Assembly (NCBI GenBank): GCA_041686195.1
Contig: JAWLEI010000006.1
Location: 1,728 to 65,727 of the forward strand
Source: Desulfovermiculus sp.
GTDB taxonomy: Bacteria > Desulfobacterota > Desulfovibrionia > Desulfovibrionales > Desulfothermaceae
DNA: 64,000 nt
Reading direction: 5' to 3'
In this document: positions 54,780 through 63,970 of the stretch, in pieces
Layout of the letters: the number at the start of each line of letters is the position of its first letter
Position numbering within the stretch: the first letter of the stretch is position 1
Translations under genes and position numbers: made by a program
Notes under the pieces: model-generated
What the model was told of the DNA's origin: nothing
The model's database searches: none
Seen by the model: only the letters and a program-made list of their open reading frames with translations

Positions 54780-54948
54780 AGGGAATTGACTGTTCAGCGA
54801 ACTCTTGTCATAAACAGAAGAAAGAGGATGCCAGATATCCAGTTCGGGGAAATGCCCTGATATTTTACAGGTGTTTAAGATATTGAGCCCTGATAAGGGC
54901 TCAAAGCAAAATCATCGGATTGGGACCTGAGATGCCGAGGAGGATGAA

Positions 54949-55191
54949 ATGGAGCAATACGAGTTGGAGCTCATCTCTAAGTATGGGGATGTGGATGAAG
55001 ATTTGCATCGGCTGTGGCAAGAGCATCTGGAATACGAGAAACAGCTGGATGTGTATGAGAACAAGTCATATTTGACCTGGGCAGAAGAGGCGGAAATGAA
55101 GAGGCTGAAGAAAATGAAACTGGCTGGAAAGACCAAGATTCAGAACATCCTGGAGAAGTACAGAAGGCAGGAGGCCGGGAATGGAGCGTAA
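54949..55191 (+). CDS. DUF465 (YdcH-like) small coiled-coil protein
   Basis: 80 aa with the pattern ...L..EH..YEK.L......YL...EE.E...LKK.KL..K. GAGGAGG RBS. Confidence 0.6.
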   Translation: MEQYELELISKYGDVDEDLHRLWQEHLEYEKQLDVYENKSYLTWAEEAEMKRLKKMKLAGKTKIQNILEKYRRQEAGNGA

Positions 55192-56872
55192 AGGTTCTCA
55201 GATCCTGCTTGAATCAATGATTAAAGAAGGCGTGGACACAGTGTTTGGCTTTCCGGGGGGATCTGTCCTGGATATCTATCACCAGATTCCAAATTATCCC
55301 CTGCGCCATATCCTGGTCCGGCATGAACAGGGGGCTGTGCATGCAGCAGACGGGTATGCCCGGGCCACCGGACAGGTAGGGGTTGCCTTGGTTACTTCAG
55401 GTCCCGGAGCCACGAATACGGTGACCGGGATTGCAACCGCCTATATGGATTCCATCCCTCTTGTCATCTTCACCGGCCAGGTGCCCACCCAGCTGATCGG
55501 CAATGACGCCTTCCAGGAAGTGGATATTGTGGGCATAACCCGTCCATGCACCAAGCACAACTACCTGGTTAAAGATATAAAGGATCTGGCCCGGACCATT
55601 AAAGAGGCTTTTTATTTGGCCAGATCCGGACGTCCCGGCCCCGTGCTTGTGGACTTGCCCAAAGATGTCATGGCTGCTTCCTGTAAATTTGAATATCCGG
55701 AACGGATATCAATGCGCAGCTATAACCCTCATTACGAACCTAATCTGAAGCAAGTCCGCAAGGCCTTGACATTAATAAAAAAAGCTCGGCGTCCTCTGAT
55801 CTTTGCCGGCGGCGGGGTCATTGCCGCCAATGCCCATGAAGAGCTGACCTGGCTGGCCCGAACCCTGCAAATACCAGTCACCACCTCCATGATGGGCCTG
55901 GGCGGGTTTCCGGGGAACGATCCTTTATGGCTGGGCATGCTGGGCATGCATGGGACCTACGTGGCCAATATGGGGATTCATAACTCCGACCTGCTTATTT
56001 CCGTAGGGGTCCGCTTCGACGACCGGGTAACCGGAAAGTTGCAGACCTTTGCCCCGGAAGCCAAGCGCATCCATATTGACATCGATCCTACCTCCATCCG
56101 CAAGAACGTATCTGTGGATGTGCCCATTGTGGCCGATTGCCGGCTGGCCTTGCAGGCTTTGCGCACTGAAGTGGAAAAGGTCCTGGAAAGCGAAGATCTC
56201 AGCCAGCGCTATGCCCCATGGAGGGAGAAGCTTGCAGCCTGGAACGAGGCCCAGCCCTTGAGCTGTCCCGAAGGAGGAGAGAGGATCAAGCCCCAGTTAG
56301 TGGTCCAGAAACTGTACGAGATCACTCAAGGGGAGGCCATCATCACTACTGAGGTTGGGCAAAACCAGATGTGGGCTACCCAGTTTTATCGCTATCACCG
56401 CCCCCGGACCTGGATATCCTCGGGTGGGCTGGGCACCATGGGCTATGGTTTCCCCGCGGCCATAGGGGCTCAAGTAGCCTTTCCCGATCGTCTGGTCATT
56501 GACATTGCCGGAGACGGATCCATTCAGATGAACAGTCAGGAGCTGGCCACTGCTGTAAGCTATGAGCTGCCGATCAAGATCATTATCTTAAACAACGGCT
56601 ATTTGGGCATGGTCAGGCAATGGCAGGAGCTCTTTTACGACCGGAATTACTGTTCCACATGCATGCACCACAATCCGGATTTCGTCCTTCTGGCCCAGGC
56701 CTATGGCGCAGAGGGCTTTCGGGTGGAAAAGGGCGATGATTTAGAACCGGTATTGCGCCAGGCCCTGGCCTCCAAAAAAACAACAATAGTAGATGTTGTC
56801 GTGGAGCAGGAAGAAAATGTCTATCCCATGGTGCCGGCCGGGGTCGGGCTGAGCGAGATGCTTCTGGTCTAG
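55181..56872 (+). CDS. ilvB: acetolactate synthase large subunit
   Basis: TPP enzyme with three-domain layout: GFPGG..., [15 protein letters not shown], and [15 protein letters not shown]. Confidence 0.95.
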   Translation: MERKGSQILLESMIKEGVDTVFGFPGGSVLDIYHQIPNYPLRHILVRHEQGAVHAADGYARATGQVGVALVTSGPGATNTVTGIATAYMDSIPLVIFTGQVPTQLIGNDAFQEVDIVGITRPCTKHNYLVKDIKDLARTIKEAFYLARSGRPGPVLVDLPKDVMAASCKFEYPERISMRSYNPHYEPNLKQVRKALTLIKKARRPLIFAGGGVIAANAHEELTWLARTLQIPVTTSMMGLGGFPGNDPLWLGMLGMHGTYVANMGIHNSDLLISVGVRFDDRVTGKLQTFAPEAKRIHIDIDPTSIRKNVSVDVPIVADCRLALQALRTEVEKVLESEDLSQRYAPWREKLAAWNEAQPLSCPEGGERIKPQLVVQKLYEITQGEAIITTEVGQNQMWATQFYRYHRPRTWISSGGLGTMGYGFPAAIGAQVAFPDRLVIDIAGDGSIQMNSQELATAVSYELPIKIIILNNGYLGMVRQWQELFYDRNYCSTCMHHNPDFVLLAQAYGAEGFRVEKGDDLEPVLRQALASKKTTIVDVVVEQEENVYPMVPAGVGLSEMLLV

Positions 56873-57020
56873 CATTTTTTCATCACATGCAGGGGGCAAG
56901 GAGTCAAAAAACCTCTTGGCCAGGGCTTTTTGGTTCTGTTTCGCATTGTCATCAATTCCAGGTGACTCAAGCTGTATTTGGACAACAGCATTTTGTGTTC
57001 AGTCCCGCAGTAGTAGGACT

Positions 57021-57067
57021 TCCGGCAAAGCTGAAACATTTTTTTGCCCCCTTTGGGGCAAAAAAAT
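57021..57067. repeat. module H core (CCGGCAAAGCTGAAAC plus T7-GCCCC-ctt-tGGGGC-A7) inserted between ilvB and ilvN
   Basis: tccggcaaagctgaaacaTTTTTTTGCCCCctttGGGGCAAAAAAA, 17 nt upstream of the ilvN ATG. Confidence 0.75.
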
Positions 57068-57083
57068 GAAGAGGAGCAAAGTG

Positions 57084-57569
57084 ATGCGGCATACCCTTTC
57101 GGTATTGGTGGAGAATGAGCCCGGCGTCCTTTCCAGGGTGGCCGGGTTGTTTAGTGGACGCGGCTTTAATATTGAATCCCTTAATGTAGCTCCGACCCTT
57201 GAACAGGGCATATCCTTGATGACCATTGTCACAGACGGCGAAGAACAGATTATTGAACAGATCATTAAGCAGCTGCGCAAGCTTATATCTGTGGTCAAGG
57301 TCGTGGACATGAACGAGATCAAGTGTGTGGACCGGGAGATGGTTTTGCTCAAGGTCAACGCCATGGATCAATATCGGGCCGAGGTCCTGCGTATTGTGGA
57401 TATTTTCCGCTGTAAGGTGGTGGATGTCAGTCCAGCTGAGCTTACCTTGGAGGCCACAGGAGACAGGGGAAAGATCAGTGCCTTGATCCAGCTGCTGACT
57501 CGCTTTGGGATTAAGGAAGTTGCCCGTACCGGCAGCGTGACCATGCGCCGGAGCATGCAAACGGATTAA
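57084..57569 (+). CDS. ilvN: acetolactate synthase small (regulatory) subunit
   Basis: ACT domain MRHTLSVLVENEPGVLSRVAGLFSGRGFNIESL. GAGGAG precedes the ATG at 57084. An alternative ATG lies at 57066. Confidence 0.9.
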   Translation: MRHTLSVLVENEPGVLSRVAGLFSGRGFNIESLNVAPTLEQGISLMTIVTDGEEQIIEQIIKQLRKLISVVKVVDMNEIKCVDREMVLLKVNAMDQYRAEVLRIVDIFRCKVVDVSPAELTLEATGDRGKISALIQLLTRFGIKEVARTGSVTMRRSMQTD

Positions 57570-57642
57570 GCGAGTGTTCAGATTTCAGCGCCGCCGTTGG
57601 CGGACCTGTTATTCGTTATTAGTTATTTGTTATTCGTAAGAA

Positions 57643-57730
57643 GCCGCCAGTTTGATCCAGGATGAAACTGGCGAGTGGGTGGTAGGGGCGAATGATCATT
57701 CGCCCTCTTTGGGCTGAGGCTATCTCCCAC
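57643..57730. repeat. module P: GCCAGTTTGATCCAGGATGAAAC plus the perfect 18-bp palindrome GGCGAATGATCATTCGCC (57687-57704)
   Basis: Colinear with 33349-33410. The tail gggctgaggctatctcccac is the inverse of gtgggggataacctcagcc at 61103-61121. Confidence 0.75.
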
Positions 57731-57765
57731 GCAATTTTGAATCTCTCGCAGTTCTCTTGGTAAGT

Positions 57766-57800
57766 TTTATTTATGATCAATCCGACCAATTTTTCTTAAA
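57766..57800 (-). repeat. module H fragment (ATGATCAATCCG.CCAA)
   Basis: ttatttatgatcaatccgaccaatttttc resembles 25108-25135. Confidence 0.55.
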
Positions 57801-57817
57801 GCACTAAGGAGGAGACA

Positions 57818-58807
57818 ATGCAGGTCTTTTATGAACAGGATGCAGACTTGAATCTGCTGGCGGATAAAACCGTGGCCATTATCGGTTATGGGAGCCAGGG
57901 GCATGCCCATGCTCAGAATCTGCGGGATTCCGGGGTAAATGTTATCGTCGGCCAGCGTCCCGGGGGAAAGAACTATGAATTGGCCAAGGAGCATGGATTT
58001 GATCCGGTCAGTGCGGCCGAAGCAGCCAGGCAGGCCGATCTGATTCAGATTTTAGTCCCGGATCAGCATCAGCCTGCTGTCTTTGAGCAGGATGTCCTTC
58101 CCCATTTGACTGCCAATAAAGTCCTCCTGTTCAGTCACGGCTTTAATATCCACTTCGACCAAATCGTTCCTCCGGCAGAGGTGGATGTGGTGATGATCGC
58201 TCCCAAGGGTCCGGGGCATCTGGTGCGCAGGGAATACGTTGAAGGCGGAGGGGTACCCAGCCTTGTGGCCGTGCACCAGGACGCCAGCGGCCAGGCCTTG
58301 GATATCGCTCTGGCCTATGCCAAAGGCATTGGAGCTACCAGGGCCGGAGTCATTGAGACCTCCTTTCGGGAAGAAACCGAGACCGATTTGTTCGGAGAAC
58401 AGGCTGTCCTCTGCGGCGGGGTTACCGCCCTGATCAAGGCCGGATATGATACTCTGGTCCAGGCCGGATATCAGCCTGAGATCGCTTATTTTGAGTGCCT
58501 GCATGAGATGAAGCTCATTGTGGACCTCTTTTACGAGGGGGGGTTCCAGAAAATGCGGCATTCAATCAGCGATACTGCTGAATTTGGTGATTATGTGAGC
58601 GGCAAGCGAGTGATCAATGATCAGGTCAAAGCAGAGATGAAAGAAATACTGACCGATATACAGAATGGGTCTTTTGCCAAGGAGTGGATCTTAGAGAATA
58701 AAGCCGGGTTACCGGCATTCAAGGCCATGCGCCGAATGGAGCGGGAGCATGGTATTGAACAGGTTGGAGAGAAACTCAGAACCATGATGCCTTGGCTGCA
58801 TAAATAG
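57818..58807 (+). CDS. ilvC: ketol-acid reductoisomerase
   Basis: [18 protein letters not shown] Rossmann motif. 329 aa, class I KARI. Confidence 0.95.
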   Translation: MQVFYEQDADLNLLADKTVAIIGYGSQGHAHAQNLRDSGVNVIVGQRPGGKNYELAKEHGFDPVSAAEAARQADLIQILVPDQHQPAVFEQDVLPHLTANKVLLFSHGFNIHFDQIVPPAEVDVVMIAPKGPGHLVRREYVEGGGVPSLVAVHQDASGQALDIALAYAKGIGATRAGVIETSFREETETDLFGEQAVLCGGVTALIKAGYDTLVQAGYQPEIAYFECLHEMKLIVDLFYEGGFQKMRHSISDTAEFGDYVSGKRVINDQVKAEMKEILTDIQNGSFAKEWILENKAGLPAFKAMRRMEREHGIEQVGEKLRTMMPWLHK

Positions 58808-58875
58808 CGACAGAGGGCAGGAGACACGGTGGTGGGTTTAAACATCCCTGCCTCCTGCCAAAACGAAGGGAAGTA

Positions 58876-60963
58876 ATGTTCTCCAAAGGCCAAGCCTTAT
58901 ACCGCAACAGTGATTATGAGCAAGCCCAACGTATCTTTCTGTCCCTTTTTGAAAAAGGAGATACTGGTTTTCGCACCTTGAAATATCTCATCGGGTGCTA
59001 TGAAAAAAGACACAAATGGGATGATATAATTGATCTTCTTACCTCTCTTCATCTGGATTCCTACCAGCCCAAGGAAGCTTCCGCCCTCTACTTTCGCCTG
59101 GGCCGGGCCTATTTAAAGACCGGCAGGTACAGTCAGGCCAAACAGAGCTTTTGGCAAATCAAGCGCCTGGTCCCGCAGTTCCCGGGGCTAGATGACGCAT
59201 TGCGGGAATTGGAGCAGGTCAGGGTTCAGGCCAAGACACGCTATGATTACCTCCTGGAAAAAGGATTGCTGAACAAGGCTCAATTGGATGAGGCCTTAGA
59301 GCAAAGTCGAGTCCAAAACCTGGATCCCGATCAATATATCCTGGAGCATCTGGCTGTCAGCAAGGAAGATCTGGGCCAGTCTTTGACTTCCTTTTACGGG
59401 GTGCCTTTTGTGTCTTTTGATCCGACTATCGAACCTCCATTTGATATATTTGAAAAGCGAAATCTGGATCCTGACTTTTTGAAAAAGTATCATTGGGTCC
59501 CTTTTGCCCGCAACGGGTCCATGATCCAGGTCTTAACCGACAACCCCTTTGACCTGGGCAAAGGGGATGAGATAAAGTTTATTCTGGGTACCAGTCGGAT
59601 AGAGTTCCAGATCGCCTTGCGCCACGATATTGAGGCCTTTGTTGATCGCTTCTTCCAGGAGCTGACCGGAGGAGCGGAGCTTACACAGTTCGAAGAAGAG
59701 GTCGATTATGAAGCGGATGAAGGTGAAACCCCTGAACTGGAAACCATGGTCCAGGATGAGGACAGCGAGGTCGTCCGTCTGGTGAATGCCATGCTCATAG
59801 AGGCCTGGAAGCGGGGAGCTTCAGATATCCATGTCGAGCCCAACAGCGTATCCAAGTATTGTGCTGTCCGCTACCGGGTGGACGGAACCTGCCATGAGTT
59901 TCGCAAACTGCGTTTGGGTTTGGCTCGGCCCATAATTTCAAGGATCAAGATCATGGCCAGGCTGGACATTGCCGAGAAGCGCCTGCCCCAGGACGGAAAG
60001 GTTAAGGTCAAATTGCCGAAAGTGAACCGGGTTGTGGAATTTCGGGTGGTAACCATTCCTACTGTGGACAACCAGGAAGATGTGGTCTTGCGCCTTTTGG
60101 CTTCAGGAAAGCCAATGCCCTTGGAATCTTTGGGCTTAACTTCATATAACCTCAAACACGTCCAGCGCTTGGTGGCTCAGCCCTATGGGATGATTCTGGT
60201 TGTAGGGCCTACTGGTTCGGGTAAGACGACCACCCTGCATTCAGCTATCAGTACCATAAACACTCCGGAAAAAAAAATATGGGCGGTGGAAGACCCGGTG
60301 GAAATCACCCAGGAAGGCCTGCGCCAAGTCCAGGTCAATCCCAAGATCGGTCTGACTTTTGCTTCTTCCTTGCGCTCTTTTCTCCGGGCCGATCCGGATG
60401 TGATCATGATTGGGGAGATGCGGGACAAAGAAACCGCTCATATTGGTGTTGAATCCTCCCTGACCGGACATCTCGTCTTCTCCACTTTGCACACCAACTC
60501 CGCTCCGGAAACCATTACCCGGCTCCTGGACATGGATTTGGACCCATTTAATTTTGCCGACTCCCTGCTCTGTGTCTTAGCCCAGCGCCTGGTAAAAACC
60601 TTGTGCCCCAAATGCAAGGAAACATATTCCCCAAATCCAGAACACTTGGCGGAGATCAAGCAGGAGTTTGGTCCGGAGTGGGATACTGCCCTGCCAGAGG
60701 AGATACGTGAAAATCCTGTTCTGGCCCGGACCAGGGGATGCCGGCATTGCCTGGGCGGATATAAGGGGAGGATGGGCATTCATGAGCTCATGGTTTCCAG
60801 CCCGGCCATCAAAAACCTGATCAAGTTTCGCAAGCACACCCAGGATATTCTGGCCCAGGCCAAGGAGGATGGGATGCTGACCTTAAAACAGGATGGACTT
60901 ATCAAGGTCCTGCAAGGCCTGACCACCATTGAGCAGGTCCGGAGCGTTGCTGGGGGGGAGTAG
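58876..60963 (+). CDS. GspE/PilB-family secretion ATPase with an N-terminal TPR-like extension and a T2SSE_N/MshEN-like domain
   Basis: Walker A GPTGSGKTTT, Asp/His boxes, and a tetracysteine motif (CPKC...CRHC). The N-terminal roughly 120 aa are helical-repeat-like. Confidence 0.85.
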   Translation: MFSKGQALYRNSDYEQAQRIFLSLFEKGDTGFRTLKYLIGCYEKRHKWDDIIDLLTSLHLDSYQPKEASALYFRLGRAYLKTGRYSQAKQSFWQIKRLVPQFPGLDDALRELEQVRVQAKTRYDYLLEKGLLNKAQLDEALEQSRVQNLDPDQYILEHLAVSKEDLGQSLTSFYGVPFVSFDPTIEPPFDIFEKRNLDPDFLKKYHWVPFARNGSMIQVLTDNPFDLGKGDEIKFILGTSRIEFQIALRHDIEAFVDRFFQELTGGAELTQFEEEVDYEADEGETPELETMVQDEDSEVVRLVNAMLIEAWKRGASDIHVEPNSVSKYCAVRYRVDGTCHEFRKLRLGLARPIISRIKIMARLDIAEKRLPQDGKVKVKLPKVNRVVEFRVVTIPTVDNQEDVVLRLLASGKPMPLESLGLTSYNLKHVQRLVAQPYGMILVVGPTGSGKTTTLHSAISTINTPEKKIWAVEDPVEITQEGLRQVQVNPKIGLTFASSLRSFLRADPDVIMIGEMRDKETAHIGVESSLTGHLVFSTLHTNSAPETITRLLDMDLDPFNFADSLLCVLAQRLVKTLCPKCKETYSPNPEHLAEIKQEFGPEWDTALPEEIRENPVLARTRGCRHCLGGYKGRMGIHELMVSSPAIKNLIKFRKHTQDILAQAKEDGMLTLKQDGLIKVLQGLTTIEQVRSVAGGE

Positions 60964-60983
60964 GCTCCAAAGCTGTCCGATGT

Positions 60984-61057
60984 CAGCTTTGCCTCCGGCA
61001 AATCTGACCTATCTTTTGCCCCCAAGCGGGCAAAAAAAGAAAATTTGCCGGATTGAA
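60984..61057 (+). repeat. module H, copy 3
   Basis: cagctttgcctccggcaaatctgacctatcTTTTGCCCccaagcGGGCAAAAAAAgaaaatttgccggattgaac. Confidence 0.85.
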
Positions 61058-61059
61058 CT

Positions 61060-61256
61060 TACATGAGACATACCAAAAGAACCGCGCTCAATTCGAAATT
61101 TAGTGGGGGATAACCTCAGCCCTCAAGGTAGGGGCAGGTCTAGGCGGCTTTCGCCACGCGTCTGCGCGTGGCTGCCCTCTTCATCCTGCCAGTCTGGAGC
61201 CTGGCGGTCCCGGACGGCCAAGCCAGCAACAGGGGTTGAGCCTTGTTTCACACGAG
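61060..61256. repeat. mosaic of repeat fragments (K-like aattcgaaatt, inverse P tail, GC hairpins, GGCCAAGCCAGC...TTGAG..TGTTTCA segment)
   Basis: 61216-61256 matches 33411-33450. 61103-61121 is the inverse of 57711-57730. Confidence 0.65.
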
Positions 61257-61274
61257 CAACGCAAAAGAGAATTG

Positions 61275-62270
61275 ATGACCAAAATTCAGGTCATGATCCT
61301 GGCTGTGATCTTGGGGGCATTGCTCATGGCCCTCAAGTTCGGAGCCTATCTGCTCACTGGTTCGGCCGGAATTCTTTCCGATGCCCTTGAGTCCATTATT
61401 AATGTGGCGGCCAGTGGATTTGCCCTGTACAGCGTCTATTTGAGTACCAGGCCCCCGGATGCCAACCACCCCTATGGCCACGGCAAGGTCGAGTATTTTT
61501 CCGCCGGGTTCGAGGGAGCACTCATTGTCCTGGCCGCAGGAGCCATTCTTTTTCAAGCCGTGCCCCGGTTCTTCGATCCCCGACCTCTGACCCATTTGGG
61601 CGGCGGGATGCTCTTGCTGGCCGGAGCCACTGTCTTGAATCTGGCCCTGGGTCTGCTCCTGATCCAAACCGGAAAGCATAGCAATTCCTTAGCCCTGACT
61701 GCAGACGGAAAGCATTTACTCACCGATGTGGTTACCAGTCTCGGGGTGCTGGGCGGGCTGGTTCTAGTTCACTTTACAGGTCTGGTATGGCTTGATCCCC
61801 TGGTGGCCTGCCTGGTGGCCGGGAATATCCTGTATGCCGGTTCCAAGCTGTTGCGGGAGTCAACAGGCCGGCTCATGGATGAGGCCGATCCTGAACTGCT
61901 GGAACATATTGTGCAACTGCTCAATGCCCATCGCAGAACGGAATGGATCCACATCCATCACCTGCGGGCCAGGCGGTATGGACCGAATGTCCACGTAGAC
62001 CTGCATGTTATGCTGCCCAGAACCTATGATTTGACCCAGACCCATCAAGCAGTCAAAGATATTGAGCAGGTCTTAAAGGCGGATTTGGGACCAGAAGCGG
62101 AGATCATTGTCCATCCCGATCCGTGCACCGACACCTGGTGCCCGATTTGCGGGCTTCCTGACTGCCACAAGCGAAGTGTGCCCATGTCGGACAATGCTGT
62201 GCAGGGTTTTTCCCTGCACGAAGCCAGACAAGCTCAGCCTGAGCTGCCTGATTTGAATTCATTGTACTGA
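61275..62270 (+). CDS. cation diffusion facilitator (CDF) family metal efflux transporter
   Basis: Six-TM N-terminal domain with LSDALES / HLLTD metal-site motifs and a C-terminal cytoplasmic domain. Confidence 0.85.
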   Translation: MTKIQVMILAVILGALLMALKFGAYLLTGSAGILSDALESIINVAASGFALYSVYLSTRPPDANHPYGHGKVEYFSAGFEGALIVLAAGAILFQAVPRFFDPRPLTHLGGGMLLLAGATVLNLALGLLLIQTGKHSNSLALTADGKHLLTDVVTSLGVLGGLVLVHFTGLVWLDPLVACLVAGNILYAGSKLLRESTGRLMDEADPELLEHIVQLLNAHRRTEWIHIHHLRARRYGPNVHVDLHVMLPRTYDLTQTHQAVKDIEQVLKADLGPEAEIIVHPDPCTDTWCPICGLPDCHKRSVPMSDNAVQGFSLHEARQAQPELPDLNSLY

Positions 62271-62297
62271 ATTCGCCGTGAATGGCCAGAACATTAC

Positions 62298-62415
62298 ATG
62301 AAACTCGAATTTAGGTTACCTTTCTAGCTGAAATCTCAAATTTCATCATTTATCAATCCGGCAAATTTTCTTTTTCAATCAAACTGGACGTATGCGGTCA
62401 GCGGTGGGACTGAAC
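62298..62415. repeat. mosaic repeat fragments (ATGAAAC + K-like; inverted H half; L 3'-end-like caaactggacg...ggtgggactgaac)
   Basis: 62341-62376 resembles 25103-25135. 62377-62415 resembles 20059-20098. Confidence 0.6.
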
Positions 62416-62426
62416 AGGAGACTGAC

Positions 62427-63116
62427 ATGATTTTAGCCTTTCACTCCAGTCCGCATCCAGAGGGTAATCTGGAGAGGATAGTTCATTGTGTGGCCCAGGC
62501 CAGTGGGTTGGAGTATGAAATCATCAGATTGGCAGAGATGGAGATTGCCCCATGCACCGGATGCGTGCGCTGTGCGCGCAGCAAGCGGTGTGTTCAGCAG
62601 GATGACATGGCCCCCTTGTACCAGAAACTGGAAGCAGCCAAGGGCCTGATTGTCGGCGGTGTGAACTATAATGGCCGATTTAACTCCATAATCCACATTT
62701 TCTTGGAACGGCTCTTTCCCTTGTACCATCAGGAGCCGGCCCTGCGAGGCCTTCCCGTGGCCGTGGTTGCAGTGGGCGGTGAAGAGCCGGAACGGGCCGG
62801 AATGGACATAGCAGGCTACTTAAAAGAGGTCTGGATGTGCACTCTTGTGGGCACAGCCCTTTTCAAGTCCGATACCCCTCCCTGTTTTTCCTGTGGCCTG
62901 GGTCCTGATTGCCTGGTTGGCATGCCGGCCTTGCATTGGCCGAAGGAAGAGTTTGAGGCCTTTACTGCTGTCAAAAAAAAGATGTTCCAGCGCTTTGAAG
63001 ACAACAAGGATGTTGTTGCCGGCTGTGAGCGCTTAGGGCAATCTTTGTGCATTTCCGTCCGGGAAGGCTTGTCCCGGCCTCGATCGGGTGGAGGATACTA
63101 CCTGCCGTTCTCATGA
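62427..63116 (+). CDS. iron-sulfur flavoprotein (Isf-like, NADPH-dependent FMN reductase fold)
   Basis: Compact cluster motif CTGCVRCARSKRC (CX2CX2CX5C) in a flavodoxin-like fold. Confidence 0.7.
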   Translation: MILAFHSSPHPEGNLERIVHCVAQASGLEYEIIRLAEMEIAPCTGCVRCARSKRCVQQDDMAPLYQKLEAAKGLIVGGVNYNGRFNSIIHIFLERLFPLYHQEPALRGLPVAVVAVGGEEPERAGMDIAGYLKEVWMCTLVGTALFKSDTPPCFSCGLGPDCLVGMPALHWPKEEFEAFTAVKKKMFQRFEDNKDVVAGCERLGQSLCISVREGLSRPRSGGGYYLPFS

Positions 63117-63495
63117 GCCCATAACCCCTCATGCCTGCCAGACCGCAGGCAGGCTGACGCTAACGAAACATACAAAATAAACATGCAAAGAACCGGTGCT
63201 TGCAAGGCGTTTGGCACTCAATTGCAGAAACTATCGGATATCTTTGTAATAAGCTTTACATCTGCAATTGAGCGCCGGACAGCCCATTGGGCTCAGGAAG
63301 AATGGGCAGCGATTGAGGGCAACCGCGTCCTACTGACGAACCAAGCCTTCTTATATCATACTGGATGATATCTCCCTCTTTGTCCCCAAACACCTGGGCA
63401 TGAGTTGACCCCCGGAGAGTGAATCCATCCTGGCTCTGCAATCTATATTCGAAGTTGACCAGTACAAACACAAAGCGAGCTCTCCTTTGCAAAGA

Positions 63496-63807
63496 CTACA
63501 GCTTTTTCAAGTGCAAAACCTCGTCTGTCTTTTCATCCCAGGCGCCGAGGTCATACACGCGAACCTTGCGGCTCCTGGGGAACTCTTTCTTGAGCATCTT
63601 TTTGAGCGTCTTCTTGACCTTGTCTTTTGAGACGGTGAATTGATCCTGGTAAAAGCCATTCTCCACAAAGTAAAAGCTCTCCTCGCCCTCTTTGCGGATG
63701 ATAACACTGCGGTTGCGCTTGTAGGTACGAAGGTCGATGGCATGTCCTGTGGGGAGCTTGTCCAGTTTGGCCAGGACAGCCGGTATAAGAGCAGTTACTT
63801 CGAGCAT
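63496..63807 (-). CDS. hypothetical small basic protein (103 aa)
   Basis: ORF only. The tracked longer start (63951) runs through repeat DNA. The ATG at 63807 lacks a clear SD. Confidence 0.35.
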   Translation of the reverse strand: MLEVTALIPAVLAKLDKLPTGHAIDLRTYKRNRSVIIRKEGEESFYFVENGFYQDQFTVSKDKVKKTLKKMLKKEFPRSRKVRVYDLGAWDEKTDEVLHLKKL

Positions 63808-63818
63808 GATCTTGGTGT

Positions 63819-63845
63819 TCAGTTTTGCCTGCGGCAAATCTGAAG
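63819..63845 (+). repeat. module H fragment (TTTGCCTGCGGCAAATCTGA)
   Basis: cagttttgcctgcggcaaatctgaagaa resembles 60986-61010. Confidence 0.6.
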
Positions 63846-63970
63846 AATTGTGCGTTGCAGGCGGATACTTTTTAGGGCAGCTTGGATAGCTTAACTCTTC
63901 CCAGGCAAAGCGCATATTTTCACACTTTAAAGATGCTGGCAAGCTGAGCATCCATAGTGATATAAAACTG

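Noticed and set aside
60780-61025. The shared peptide SDLPEA(K/R)L in ORFs at 19674-19883, 60780-61025 and 63496-63951, considered as a small protein family
   Set aside because: The motif is the translation of the repeat box CAGATTTGCCGGAGGCAA of module H. The ORFs otherwise have no similarity and overlap real genes or intergenic repeats.
63212-63228. A sigma-54-like TGGCACtcaaTTGC
   Set aside because: The spacing between TGGCAC and TTGC is 4 nt rather than 5. No plus-strand gene lies downstream. The sequence is also one arm of an inverted repeat.
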